In this document: positions 1 to 10,005 of the stretch, piece after piece
Position numbering within the stretch: position 1 is the stretch's first letter
Layout: each line of letters starts with the position of its first letter
DNA from: Chiloscyllium plagiosum
Lineage: Eukaryota
Length of the DNA stretch: 20,000 nt
Reading direction: 5' to 3'
NCBI RefSeq assembly: GCF_004010195.1
Contig: NC_057755.1
Location: 10,511,215 to 10,531,214, forward strand
Made by a program: the position numbers and the translations under genes
Notes under the pieces: generated by a model
The model's input: the letters and a program-made list of their open reading frames with translations, nothing else
Told to the model about the DNA's origin: nothing
Databases searched by the model: none

Positions 1-545
1 AGGCTTTATGAGGGTCTGGTCAGACCACAGATACATTATTGGGAGTACGTTTGGACGGTATACCTCAGGAAGAATGTATTGACTATGGAGCGGGTCCACG
101 AGAATTATCCCAGGTATTAAAGTTTTAACATATGAGGAACTTTTGAGGATTCTGGGTCGAGACTCGGTGGGGTTTAGAAGGACGAGAGGGGCTCTAATTG
201 AAACTTCCAGGATATTGAACGGCCTAGAAAGAGTGGATGTTTGGAAGATGATTACCATGGCAGGAGAGAGGAGACGTGAGGGCACAGCCTTCGAGTAAAG
301 AGAAGACCCTTTCGACCTGAGAGAGGGAGAAACATCTTCGGCCAGAGAGTGGTGAATCTGTGGAATTCATTGCCATAGAATGCTGTGGAGGCCAGGTCAT
401 TGAGTATATTTAAAACAGAGCTAGGTAAGCTCTTGATTGTCAAGAAGAGCAAAGGTTACAGAGAGAAAGCAGGAAAATGGAGTTTAAAGATCTATCATTG
501 AATGGGTGAGCAGACTTGATGGGCTGAATAAACTAAATTATGCTT
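1..545 (+). mobile_element. CR1-clade (HER1-like) LINE, degraded 3' end of ORF2 plus 3' tail
   Basis: Translation across frameshifts gives RLYEGLVRPQIHYWEYVWTVYLRKNVLTMERV, RGALIETSRILNGLERVD and FGQRVVNLWNSLP*NAVEARSLSIFKTEL. These resemble the CR1 ORF2 C-terminal motifs LY.LVRPHLEY..W.PY and QRVV..WN.LP. Ends in a gcagacttgatgggctgaat-type CR1 tail. Confidence 0.9.
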
Positions 546-546
546 C

Positions 547-733
547 TGGATTAGTGGTGCTGGAAGAGCACAGCAGTTCAGGTAGCATCCGAGGACAGGC
601 AAAATCGACGTTTCGGTCAAAATCCCTTCATCAGGAATAAATGCAGAGAGCCTGAAGCATGCGAGATAAGCTAGAGGAGGGTGGGGGTGGGGAGAGAGTA
701 GCATAGAGTTCAATAGGTCAGTGGGGAAGGAGA
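547..733 (-). mobile_element. Penelope-like element 3' terminal fragment
   Basis: The reverse complement contains ctgatgaaggg...gaaacgtcga...ggatgctacctgaactgctgtgctcttccagcacc. The same terminus ends the GIY-YIG-bearing copies at 1590-2328 and 11365-13010. Confidence 0.85.
603..638 (-). ncRNA. Minimal type I hammerhead ribozyme motif (core intact, weak stem II)
   Basis: Minus strand reads attc-CTGATGA-a-gggattttgacc-GAAA-cgtc-gatt, with palindromic ACGT in place of stem III and a GUC triplet. Confidence 0.65.
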
Positions 734-796
734 CTCACATTCCACCACCAGGAATGGTGTTTAGATATTTTCTTTCCTTTTCTATTTTTTATTCTA

Positions 797-1050
797 GGAC
801 CGGGCTGCAGCAGTGGAGTTAAGCAGAGGCTTTATAGTGGAGTCAGGCCCAGGCAGCAGCAGTGGAGTCAGGCCCAGGCTGCATCAGTGGAGTCAGGCCC
901 AGGCAGCAGCAGTGGAGTCAGGCCAAGGCTACAGCAGTGGAGTCAGGCCAGGCTTCCACAGTCTGCATCAGTGAAGTCAGGTCCAGGCTGCAGCAGTGGA
1001 GTCAGGAACAGGCCACACGAATGAAGTCAGGCCCTCGCTGCATTAATGGT
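797..1050 (+). repeat. 25-bp minisatellite (TGCAGCAGTGGAGTCAGGCCCAGGC)n, about 10 diverged units
   Basis: Direct tandem units are visible in the sequence. The same unit occurs on the minus strand at 18307-18713. Confidence 0.95.
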
Positions 1051-1149
1051 GATGGTGACTGGTTCCACAGCTGATTACAGCTTAATAACAGAAAAGACAC
1101 CCAGAAACACTAAAACATAACACAAAAATTTAAGGCAACTGATTTCTTT

Positions 1150-1587
1150 CCCACAGTACACTGGCTGTGGCTAACCAGCTTGGAGTCAGTCCACAACTGA
1201 CGAGATTGCCTGATTATAAATAAGATTTTTTATTTTCTTCATTCTATTTTGTAAATCTCCACATTATTGCCAAACAGCAGTAGAGTTTATTTATTCCCAG
1301 CACCCATTTTGTGTGTATACAGGTGTCGGACACAGTGAATAACAATGAGGGCATCAATCATAATTCATGACCCACCACCAGGAAGCAAGTGGCTAGTGAC
1401 AAGCAGTGCCCTTCACATCAAAGGCCAATGCTGGGTGACCAAGGAAGGGAAGGGGAGGGCAGGGACTGAATCAAAATAGAGTTGCAAGGTTAAATAAAAC
1501 ACTCCACTCCTTGTATTGTTCACCATCTCTAAGCAGAGCAAGGGTGTTGGTCAACACCACATGCTCTATCTCCAGGGACACCCAGGC
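1150..1587 (+). repeat. Unclassified interspersed repeat segment, homologous to the reverse complement of 18768-19155
   Basis: Collinear shared blocks: ggctgtggc-a-ccagct--gagtcag, tga-gagattg, caggtgt, accaggaag, agtgaca-gca-tgccctt, aataaaacactcca, tgttggt, atctccagggacac. Confidence 0.8.
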
Positions 1588-1589
1588 CT

Positions 1590-2328
1590 CTCCTGGTCCT
1601 CCATGTCACCCATCATCCTACAACCCAATCCCAGCAACCTCCCCCGCCACTGCAGGAAGTGAAAAACCTGCACCCAAACCATTTCCCACACCTCCGTCCA
1701 AGGCCACAAAGGATCCTTCTACAACTAACAGAAATTCACCTGTACCTCCATTGATGTCATCTACTGTATCCGTTGAATCCAACTTGGTCTCCTCTACATT
1801 GGGGAGACAGGAAACCTACATGCGGATTGTTTCAGAGAACATTTCTGGGACGCCTGCACCACCCAATACAAATGTCCGGTGGCTGAACACTTCACCACCC
1901 CTCCCACTCCATAAAGAACATGAAGATCCTGGGCCTTCTCCATCGGCAAACCATTATTACACGATTCCTGGAGGAGGAGCCCTTCATGTTCGGCCTCGGG
2001 ACCCGGCAACCACATGGGGTCAACAGTTTCCTCATTTCCCCTCCCCCACATTTTCTGAGTTGTAAACCTGCCCTCCCGACCTGTCCATCACATTTCCCAC
2101 CTATTCCCTTCACCCTCCTCTCTGACCTCTCCACTTCTCCCTCACCTTCATCTATCTACTCCATTCTCACCTAACTTTCCCCCCAACCCTCCCACCCTCC
2201 CATTTATCTCTTAGCTCCCGCGGCCCAACAGCCTCATTCTTGATGAAGGGCTGTTGCCCGAAACATCAATTCTCCTGACCCTCAGATGCTGCTTGACTAG
2301 CTGTGCTTTTCCAGCATCACACTCTCGA
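1590..2328 (+). mobile_element. Penelope-like element 3' fragment with degraded GIY-YIG endonuclease and 3' terminus
   Basis: From about 1730 the sequence reads KFTCTSIDVIYCIR*IQLGLLYIGETGNLHADCFREH (GIY-YIG: VIY...YIGET...R..EH). ORF 1920 contains RFLEEEPFMFGLGTRQPHGVN (PLE C-terminal LGT.QP.G.N motif). A degenerate hammerhead motif lies at 2240-2267. Confidence 0.9.
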
Positions 2329-3131
2329 AGCTGTCCTTATGTATCAGATGCCATTTGACTTTCGAAAATGTTCAAATTTCCTGCTTATAAATGACATTCC
2401 ATTGTCAGTAACTAATACTTCCGACGATTCGTGTATCACGAACAATGCTTGCACCTTGACAATCATCACCCCAGCGTTTGGTAAACGAACTTTATGTAAG
2501 TGCGCCATTGTTGAATGACCATCTGCAATGACCAGGAACATTGGATCCGCATAGCCAACTTGTCTAGGGTGGTCCCGGACATTCCCATGAATGTAGGTGT
2601 ACTTTTATTGGCAATTCTTGACCTTGTTGGCACTCAGGTCACTTTCCCACCAAGATAGCTACAATCCAGTCAACCGTAGCTCCTCACCAGCATCTGCATC
2701 TTGGAAACCCCTGGATAATCCTGGCAGAGATCAGCCAGTATCTGGTGCTGACCTTTATTTGAGACGATCATACTTGCCCCTTAGACGTTTCAGTCAACAC
2801 AACAGGGTCTTCTTGTATCTACAGTCAGATAATGTTCACAGTGTGTGGAAGTGCATCCAGAAAGATTGAGCTGAAAAGATTCTTCAAAGGAAGACACCAA
2901 CGGGGTGAATATCTGTCACTGGGAAGAGGCTCAAGGCATCTATATTAGCTACTTGGCTTCAGGATGATGTTTGAACTTGTCCTAGTAGGCGCTGAGAATA
3001 AGGATCTAACGTTGAATTTGACTGGAAGCTGCATCACTTTGTCTTCCTTCAGCAGCCCGAGCAGAGATTTATGATCGATACAACGGCAAATTCTCATCCA
3101 TAAAGATTGTGGTGGAAGTTCCTCACGCCTG
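2329..3131 (-). mobile_element. Gypsy/Ty3 LTR retrotransposon pol fragment (RNase H end plus integrase core), degraded
   Basis: Minus strand gives GVRNFHHNLYG*EF, DHKSLLGLLKEDK and SSQIQR*ILILSAY (RNase H C-terminus). These are followed by MFLVIAD...LVTDNGMSFISRKFEHFRKSNGI*YIRTA (integrase DDE core). Confidence 0.88.
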
Positions 3132-3399
3132 CTTTTGTATTGAATTAAATAAATATCGAGAGGGAGGTAATTCTCTCGATGGATACCCGACTCACGGTAG
3201 GTAACATTAGGTGGAAAATATATGATGGGAGGTTTTCCACAGTGTTAAATCTTTGGGAATAAATACAACGCCAAGGTCGTTAAACAAAGGAACTAGCAAA
3301 TGGGAGGCAAGAGCATCCAATAGAAAACTCGACTAATCATACCTTCTGCATAATATTCCAAGGGGGGCTGTGATAGAGCAGGTAACTGTCGTGGGAGAT

Positions 3400-3640
3400 G
3401 TTTGAAATTGATGAGGAAGGAGTGTTGAATGGACGGTTAATAGTTAACATAAAAAGGCATCATGACCTGGTGATGTCCATCCAGGCATACTGAAGGTAGT
3501 GAGAGTGAGAACTGTGGGGACGCTGACCATAATCTTTCAGACTTCCTGGAGGCAGGGCAAGGGCCATTGGGCTGGAGAAAAACAAACTTTACAGCCTTGC
3601 TCATGAAAGGTTTACGGATAAAGACAGCAGTTAGAGGCTG
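3400..3640 (+). mobile_element. Old CR1 LINE ORF2 fragment (pre-RT region)
   Basis: PGDVHPGILKVVRVRTVGTLTIIFQTS and LEAGQGPLGWRKTNFTALLMKG resemble the CR1 motif PD.IHPRILKE...L.IIF.SL..G.VP.DWR.ANV.PLFKKG. Confidence 0.7.
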
Positions 3641-3885
3641 GGGTTCTGGTTCACTAGCCCCGTATAATTACCATGGGTCCACGACCTGCCTCTAAGAAAT
3701 AATAAGATTAAATCTGTTGATCAATGCAACACAATTACAGAGATCGGCACAAAAGCATTTGCAACGTGTTTCTTTGTGAATGATATTTCTGTAATTTATT
3801 GTTTAGCATTTTGTTCATAGTATTGCTCTGGTATATATTGCCAATATGAATGGTAATGATAAACTTGCTGAACATTTTAATTTAG

Positions 3886-5115
3886 ATATAAAACGGCAGC
3901 ACAAAGATTACCTTCGCAAAAAGAACGAGAATCTAACAATCACAGGAGAAAACAGAAGAATTCGGAGATTACCACTGAGTGAAAGATACACCAAAGTAAC
4001 TATTGTTCCTTCACTGGGTGAGCAGGAACAAACAGACAATACACTGAAGACCAGGAGTAAGGCAGGTGGAGAATTCTGGAGGAGAGCTGAGTAAATTCAT
4101 CGGGAAGAAATACCGTTAGATAGGTTACTGAGAAAACATTGAAATCAGACAGGAGGCACTGGGACCGCTCTCATCATTGGACCGTCAGGTTTTGGGAAAA
4201 GTACCACAATACAGAAAATAATACATGGCTGTGCAGCAGGTGAAATGTACCGAGAGATTGATGTGATCTTTCCATTTAAAGTGCAGCAATTGAATTCCAT
4301 CGAAGGGGAAACCTGTTTAAATGAACGGATATTAGATTTATTTCCTAATTTCACAAACTACTTAGATATTCTGTGGAACAAACCATAGAAAATATTATTC
4401 ATATTTGATGACTTGGATCTTTTCCAGAAACCCATCGATATCACTGAGATGCCATGTGCACATGATGATGGATCTCAGAGTTTCGGGCCTGAACATTTGT
4501 GTTAAATATCCCACATTGTGTGCAGTCTTATAAAAGCGCAGTTTCTGAAAGGCTGCTCAGTGTTGGGAACAAATTCCCCATGGAAATTTCAGACTCTTGG
4601 GAAATTCGTCTTAAATCAACTTGTCTATATCCTGGGCTTCAGTGCAGACACGATGAAATAATATTCTCATCGCTGCCTTGAAGCTGGACAGTTTGCTTCA
4701 GATTACATTGAGCAGGGTGTGAAATTATACACCATGTGGTATAATCCTGGCTTCTGCCTGATTCTGTGTTCAATACTGAAAACCTAGCAGAAAGAAGGAG
4801 CCCAGTTACCAGCGTTCACAACCTGTGCAAGGGTGCTTCTCACTTCGGAAGAAATGTTGTTATGATGATGTTAAAGCTTGCAATAAGCTTCTGAGTATGG
4901 GTAATTTGGCCTACTGGGGAATTCGCACCAAAACCATTGTGTTGAAAAGAGGCCATTTCAAACAGCACAATCTCCCTATTTCCAATTGGATCTCGGGATT
5001 TGTGATGGAACTTCAAGACAATGATGGCATTGGCTACGTGTTCACTCACTCCATTTTGAAGGATTTTGTTGCTGCACTCTTCAAATGTCAAAATACACCA
5101 GTTGACCAAGTGAAA
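3886..5115 (+). pseudogene. NLR (NACHT-domain, NLRC3/NLRP-like) immune receptor pseudogene, large NACHT exon
   Basis: Candidate acceptor ttttaatttag ends at 3885. Motifs in order: FISNA-like LSERYTKVTIV; Walker A GPSGFGKST (4179-4205); VIFPFKVQQLN; Walker B ILFIFDDLD (4392-4418); SLIKAQFLKGCSVL; ILGFS; LYTMWYNPGFCLILC; MGNLAYWGI; winged-helix FTHSILKDFVAAL (5041-5079). In-frame stops at 4092, 4140, 4386, 4503, 4659 and 4785, and a frameshift near 4840. Confidence 0.93.
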
Positions 5116-5142
5116 AATTATGCTTACATTATAGTAGGTTAC

Positions 5143-5364
5143 TTGCAGTGTGGAAACAGGCCCTTTGGCCCAACAAGTCCACACCGACCTGCAACCCACC
5201 CAGACCCATTTCCCTACATTTACCCCTTCACCAAACACTACGGGCAATTTAATGTGGCCATTTCACCACGAGGGTACACGGAGGAAACCCACTCATACAT
5301 GGGGAGAACGTGCAAACGCCACATAGACAGTCGCCTGAGGCCGGAATTGAACCGAGGTCCCTGG
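5143..5364 (-). mobile_element. HE1-type shark SINE (partial)
   Basis: The reverse complement has a B-box-like ggttcaattcc, then ggcgactgtctatgtggcgtttgcacgttctcccc, and a CR1-like tail aagggcctgtttccacactg. Homologous to 7123-7392. Confidence 0.85.
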
Positions 5365-5622
5365 TAGAGTCACAGAGATGCACAGCATGGAAACAGCCGC
5401 CCCAGTCCAACCCGTTCCACGCTGACCAGATATCCCAACCCAATCCAGCTCCTCCCGCCAGCATCTCCAAACCCCTCCCACTCAAATGTTGCAACTATAC
5501 CAGCTTCCACCACACCCTCCGGTAGGTCACCCCACACACGTACCACCCTCTGCCCGAAACAGTTGCCCATCAGGTCTCCTTCACACCCCTCCCCTCTCAC
5601 TCCAAACCCATGCCCTGCAGCA
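5365..5622 (-). mobile_element. CR1/HER1 LINE 3' end fragment
   Basis: The minus ORF reads GNCFGQRVVRVWGDLPEGVVEAGIVATF (CR1 ORF2 C-terminus). The tail ends ctgtttccatgctgtgcatctctgtgactcta. Confidence 0.85.
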
Positions 5623-6122
5623 NNNNNNNNNNNNNNNNNNNNNNNNNNNNNNNNNNNNNNNNNNNNNNNNNNNNNNNNNNNNNNNNNNNNNNNNNNNNNN
5701 NNNNNNNNNNNNNNNNNNNNNNNNNNNNNNNNNNNNNNNNNNNNNNNNNNNNNNNNNNNNNNNNNNNNNNNNNNNNNNNNNNNNNNNNNNNNNNNNNNNN
5801 NNNNNNNNNNNNNNNNNNNNNNNNNNNNNNNNNNNNNNNNNNNNNNNNNNNNNNNNNNNNNNNNNNNNNNNNNNNNNNNNNNNNNNNNNNNNNNNNNNNN
5901 NNNNNNNNNNNNNNNNNNNNNNNNNNNNNNNNNNNNNNNNNNNNNNNNNNNNNNNNNNNNNNNNNNNNNNNNNNNNNNNNNNNNNNNNNNNNNNNNNNNN
6001 NNNNNNNNNNNNNNNNNNNNNNNNNNNNNNNNNNNNNNNNNNNNNNNNNNNNNNNNNNNNNNNNNNNNNNNNNNNNNNNNNNNNNNNNNNNNNNNNNNNN
6101 NNNNNNNNNNNNNNNNNNNNNN
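5623..6122. other. Assembly gap (500 N)
   Basis: A run of exactly 500 N, likely a fixed-size scaffolding placeholder. Confidence 1.
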
Positions 6123-6623
6123 TTAGACACATCCATTATAGTTAACAAATACTAATCCGCACTTTTTGAGTTAGTAAGGAGTCCTATGCAAGCAGTTAAG
6201 ACCCTTATAAGATCATAAGACATAGGAGCAGAAATTAGGCCATCCAGCCCCTCGAGTCTGCTCCGCCATTCAGTCATGGATAATAAGTTTCTCAACTCCA
6301 TTCTCCCACTTTCTCCCTGAAAGCATTGATCCCTCTGAAAATCTTTATGACACGACAGTGAACCCTTCTGTTAATGAAACCAGACTTTGAGAAGAGCTCA
6401 CCTCACCTCATAATCTGTTAAAATATGAATGATAGAGAACTACCGAATTTCATATATCTAAAGAAAATAATATGTTTTAACTCTAAAATTGAACATTAAA
6501 CAATAATGATTCACAACTCGAAGCTCCCTTTCTCTTAACTGCCTTACTGCCTCCAACTCTGCAACAATATGTTGTTCCAATAAGATATTTGTTAAAATTA
6601 CATCAGCTTAGTTTCGAAACCAC

Positions 6624-6753
6624 ACATCTGAGGCTCTGTAAGTCTGTGGTAAGACTATATTTGGAGTATTGTATGCAGGTTTTGACGCTATATCACAGGA
6701 TGGATGTACTGGCCCTGGAGCATGTTCGGGGAAGGTTTACATGAATGGTCCCA
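6624..6753 (+). repeat. 130-bp inverted copy of 7583-7712
   Basis: Manual alignment gives 128/130 identity to the reverse complement of 7583-7712. Confidence 0.95.
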
Positions 6754-6912
6754 TTCTTCTTCTGTCTGAAGATCTCCCTGGTCTACCTTTTCTTTCTGCG
6801 AATATCTTTCACAAGAAATTATACCTTTGACAGACAGTGTTTCCTCATTTCTTAGATCTATTTGATGGCAGCATCTCTCCTTTAAAGGTACACTACATGC
6901 CTTCAACTTCAT

Positions 6913-7000
6913 TCCTGATGAAGGGTTTTTGCCCAAAACATTGCTTTTTTTGCCCCTGGATGCTGCCTGAACTGCTCTGCTTTTTCAGCACCAATCTAAT
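6913..7000 (+). mobile_element. Miniature PLE terminus (degenerate hammerhead plus 3' end) flanked by a 12-bp direct repeat
   Basis: Reads CTGATGAagggtttttgcccAAAAcatt...ggatgctgcctgaactgctctgc. CTTCAACTTCAT occurs at 6901-6912 and 7001-7012. Confidence 0.8.
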
Positions 7001-7122
7001 CTTCAACTTCATAGCTAAATCAAAACCTATCACTCACTTCATCAAAAATACTTAATGACCTGGCCCCTTAGTCTTCTGTGGCAGTGAATTTCATAGATTC
7101 ACCACTCTGTGGCTACAAAAGT

Positions 7123-7392
7123 GGGGGCGGCACGGTAGCTCAATGGTTATCACTGCTGCCTCGGAGCGCCAGGGACCCGGTTCGATTCCAAGCTCAGGTG
7201 ACTGTCTGTGTGTAGATTGCACATTTCAAATGGGTGCTCCGATTTCGTCCTACCGTCCAATGATGTGTAAGTTAGGTGAATTGGTTAGGGGTAAATATAG
7301 AGCAATAGGGTCTGGGTGAGTTACACTTCTGAGGGTTGATTTGGATTTGTTGGGTTGAAGGGCCTGTTTCCACAATGTAGGAAATCTATGAA
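7123..7392 (+). mobile_element. HE1-type tRNA-derived SINE
   Basis: Starts gggggcggcacgg. Pol III A box TAGCTCAATGG at 7136-7146 and B box GGTTCGATTCC at 7179-7189. CR1-like tail gaagggcctgtttccacaatgtag. Confidence 0.92.
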
Positions 7393-9993
7393 AGACTTTT
7401 CTCGTTATCTCCGGTCTGAAAGGTCTTCCCTTTACTCTAAAACTGTGCCCTTGGGTCCTAGTCTCTCCAATCAATGGAAATATCTGTCCATGCCATTCAG
7501 TATTCTATGACTTTCAATTCGATTCCTGTTCATCCTTCTCAACGCCACTGAGTATAGACCCATGTGTTAAGCTTTTCATTCCTGGGACCATTCATGTAAA
7601 CCTTCCCCGAACATGCTCCAGGGCCAGTACATCCATCCTGTGATATAGCGTCAAAACCTGCACACAATACTCCAAATGTAGTCTTACCACAGACTTACAG
7701 AGCCTCAGATGTACATCCCTGTTTTTATATTCAAGTCTTCTCAAAACAAATGCCATTGTTGTATTTGCCTTTCTCAGTACTTACTCAACCTGCAGATTTA
7801 TGTTGAGAGAATCCTTATCTGGAGCTCCCAAGTCTCTTTGCACTTCAGAATATTGAACTTTCACCACATTTAGGAAGTAGCCCATGCCTCTATTCTAACT
7901 ATCAAATTGCATAATCTCACATTTTCCCACATTGTATTCAGCAGCTACTTCTTTACTCACTCTCTTAAAATGTCCAAATCCTTCTGCAGCCTCCTTACCT
8001 GCTCAATACTGCTTGTCCCTCTATCTATCTTTGTATCATCTGCAAATGTAGTCAGAATGCCCTCTATTGCCTCATCTGGATTGTTAATGCACAAAGTGAA
8101 AAATTGTGGTCCCAACACTGAGCCTTATGGAACACACTTGTCAATGGCTGCCATTCTGAGAAAGACCCTTTTATCTGCCACTCTCTGCTTTCTGCGAGAC
8201 AGCCAAGCTTCCATCCATACTAGCACATTGCCTCTGACACCATGGGCCTTAATATTACTCAATACCCTTCTGTAAGGCATCTTGTAAAAGGCCTTGTTGA
8301 AGTCCTGGTAAATTAAATCCATTAGTTCTCCTTGGTCTAAACTGTTAATTACGTCCTCAAATAATTCTAGCAGATTTGTCAGGCATGGCTTCCCCTTGAT
8401 GAAACCATGCTGACTTTGTCTTATTTCACCATATACTTCCAAGTATTCAGAAACCTCAACCTTCACAATAGAGTCCAGAATCTGACTCACAACCGAAGTT
8501 CGGCTAATCTGACCGATACTTTCCATTTTTCTTGCCTTGCTGATTTTTAAACAGTGGTGTCTCATTAGTGTTTTCCAGTCATCTGGAACCCTCCTTGAAT
8601 CTAGCGATTTCTGAAAGTTTTCCAATAACACCGCCACTTTTTGTTCAATGTTCCTCAAATGTGGGAATGGTGTTAAAGGTGCTTGTTTTATTGCTGCCTG
8701 AGGATTTCCAATTGCCTGACATGTATGGCATGTCTGGCAAAAGTAAAGTACATCCTTGTGCAGTCCACACCATTAACAATGTTTTTGTATTTTGCTTTGA
8801 GCTTTTCTTTCCCCAAATGACCTCCTTCTGGTAATTCATGTGCTACCCACAAGGATCCTTTCCTTCACCAACTGGTATTGCAACTTGATCAACATCTTCC
8901 CATTTCTCATCTGCTTGAGTATGTAATGGTCCTTCATTTATTTCATCAAGACTTCCTATTTAAGATAGTAGCACTTGGGAATAGACTCAAAATTTGCTTC
9001 AAAATACACTTTTTGACGCAATGCTTCACTTTTTCATCTTTCTGTTATAATTCAGTTAGTTTCTCTGAACTAAAAAATACCCACTTTGCCCACCACCTAG
9101 CCTTATTTGTCTCAAACATTCGATCAATCATAGTCTCTGATAATACTCTTCATATACTACACATACCTCCTCTGATAGTGAAGCGAATACCTCAGTAGCT
9201 CTATCCACTAACTTTGTTTCGATTAACAAAATCTGTATAGTCGTTGGCCACTTCGTCTGTTTATCCACCTTCTGAAAAGAGATGCAAAATGCTTCTATAT
9301 CCTTCTCATCAAATTTAGGCAATACTTGGATATATCTAAAGAGGTTCCTCCTAGGCCTTTGGCTAGCATGGGTTTTGACATCATCATTATCCTCCTCACT
9401 ACGTTTACATTCAGCCTTCACCTCCATCCATTTAAGTCAACTTCCCTCTCTAAATGTCAACTTCTGAAGTTCAGATTCTCCTTCTTTCTGTTTTTCTTCT
9501 CACTCTTTTTCCCTTTCTTCTACTGGGTCCTTCCTCTCCCTTTCTTTTTGTTCGACTAGGAGGATTCTATATTTTTCTCCTTCCTCTTCCTTTAACCATA
9601 AATCAAACTGTTTCAGTTCATTTTCTTGTTGAAGCTGATCCATCAGCATTTGAATTCTAGCCATTTCCAAAGATTCCAATATCATTTCCGGCAATTTTAA
9701 ACATTGATCTATTGCTGTAATTACCTCTCCTTTTCTCACAGACAAAGACAACCCCAACTCCAGCTTGTCTGCCAAATCCAATAGCTTTGCTTGCTCACCT
9801 GTTGCAAAACCCCCAAAGTCACTTCTCCAACCCTCAGAAAACGTTTGGTGACTGAAAGATCCATTGTTATACAAATACTGTTAAAATCAACCAAATTCAA
9901 CACCCAGCACAATAGAAACTAACACCTACCACTCACCATCATTAAGTGCAACAAACCTAAACACCCATTGGAATTACAGAATGATACTGAAAA

Positions 9994-10002
9994 GAGCCCC
10001 CA
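9994..10002 (-). promoter_or_regulatory. Partial tRNA-Pro primer-binding site
   Basis: Minus strand reads ...cataaca-gat-TGGGGGCTC, matching the start of the tRNA-Pro PBS (TGGGGGCTCGTCCGGGAT) 3 nt from the LTR end. Confidence 0.75.
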
Positions 10003-10005
10003 ATC

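Larger units (their letters stand above)
6344..7016. mobile_element. Probable solo LTR inserted in the CR1 tail
   Basis: CR1 sequence stops at 6343 and resumes at 7017. AAATC is duplicated at 6339-6343 and 7017-7021. Termini ttatga...tcatag are short inverted repeats resembling the tgttatga end of the LTR at 10006. Confidence 0.6.
6205..8625 (-). mobile_element. CR1-clade LINE (RT domain to 3' tail), 5'-truncated, interrupted by a solo LTR (6344-7016) and a SINE (7123-7392)
   Basis: ORF 8125-8658 contains SQHGFIKGKPCLTNLLELFEDV...DLIYQDFNKAF. Also VP*GSVLGP near 8105-8132 and FADD at 8035-8046. The 3' tail ggcctaatttctgctcctatgtcttatgatcttat lies at 6205-6241. Confidence 0.92.

Noticed and set aside
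797..1050. CRISPR-like array or repeat protein (ORF 862-1074; also ORFs at 18262-18607)
   Set aside because: Units are contiguous with no unique spacers, there are no cas genes and the context is eukaryotic. The 25-bp period is not a multiple of 3, so the ORFs are by-products of the array.
1511..2065. 184-aa Pro/Ser/Thr-rich ORF
   Set aside because: Off-frame reading of a C-rich PLE fragment; the GIY-YIG motifs lie in another, interrupted frame.
4086..4790. Stop-codon readthrough or recoding of the NACHT frame
   Set aside because: All three stop types occur, along with a frameshift and a downstream TE interruption. Ordinary pseudogenisation is the simpler explanation.
5486..6155. Long ORFs of 181-219 aa
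   Set aside because: Artefacts of the 500-N gap.
7123..7195. tRNA gene
   Set aside because: A and B boxes are present, but the sequence continues into the HE1 SINE body and CR1-like tail, and no proper cloverleaf is evident.
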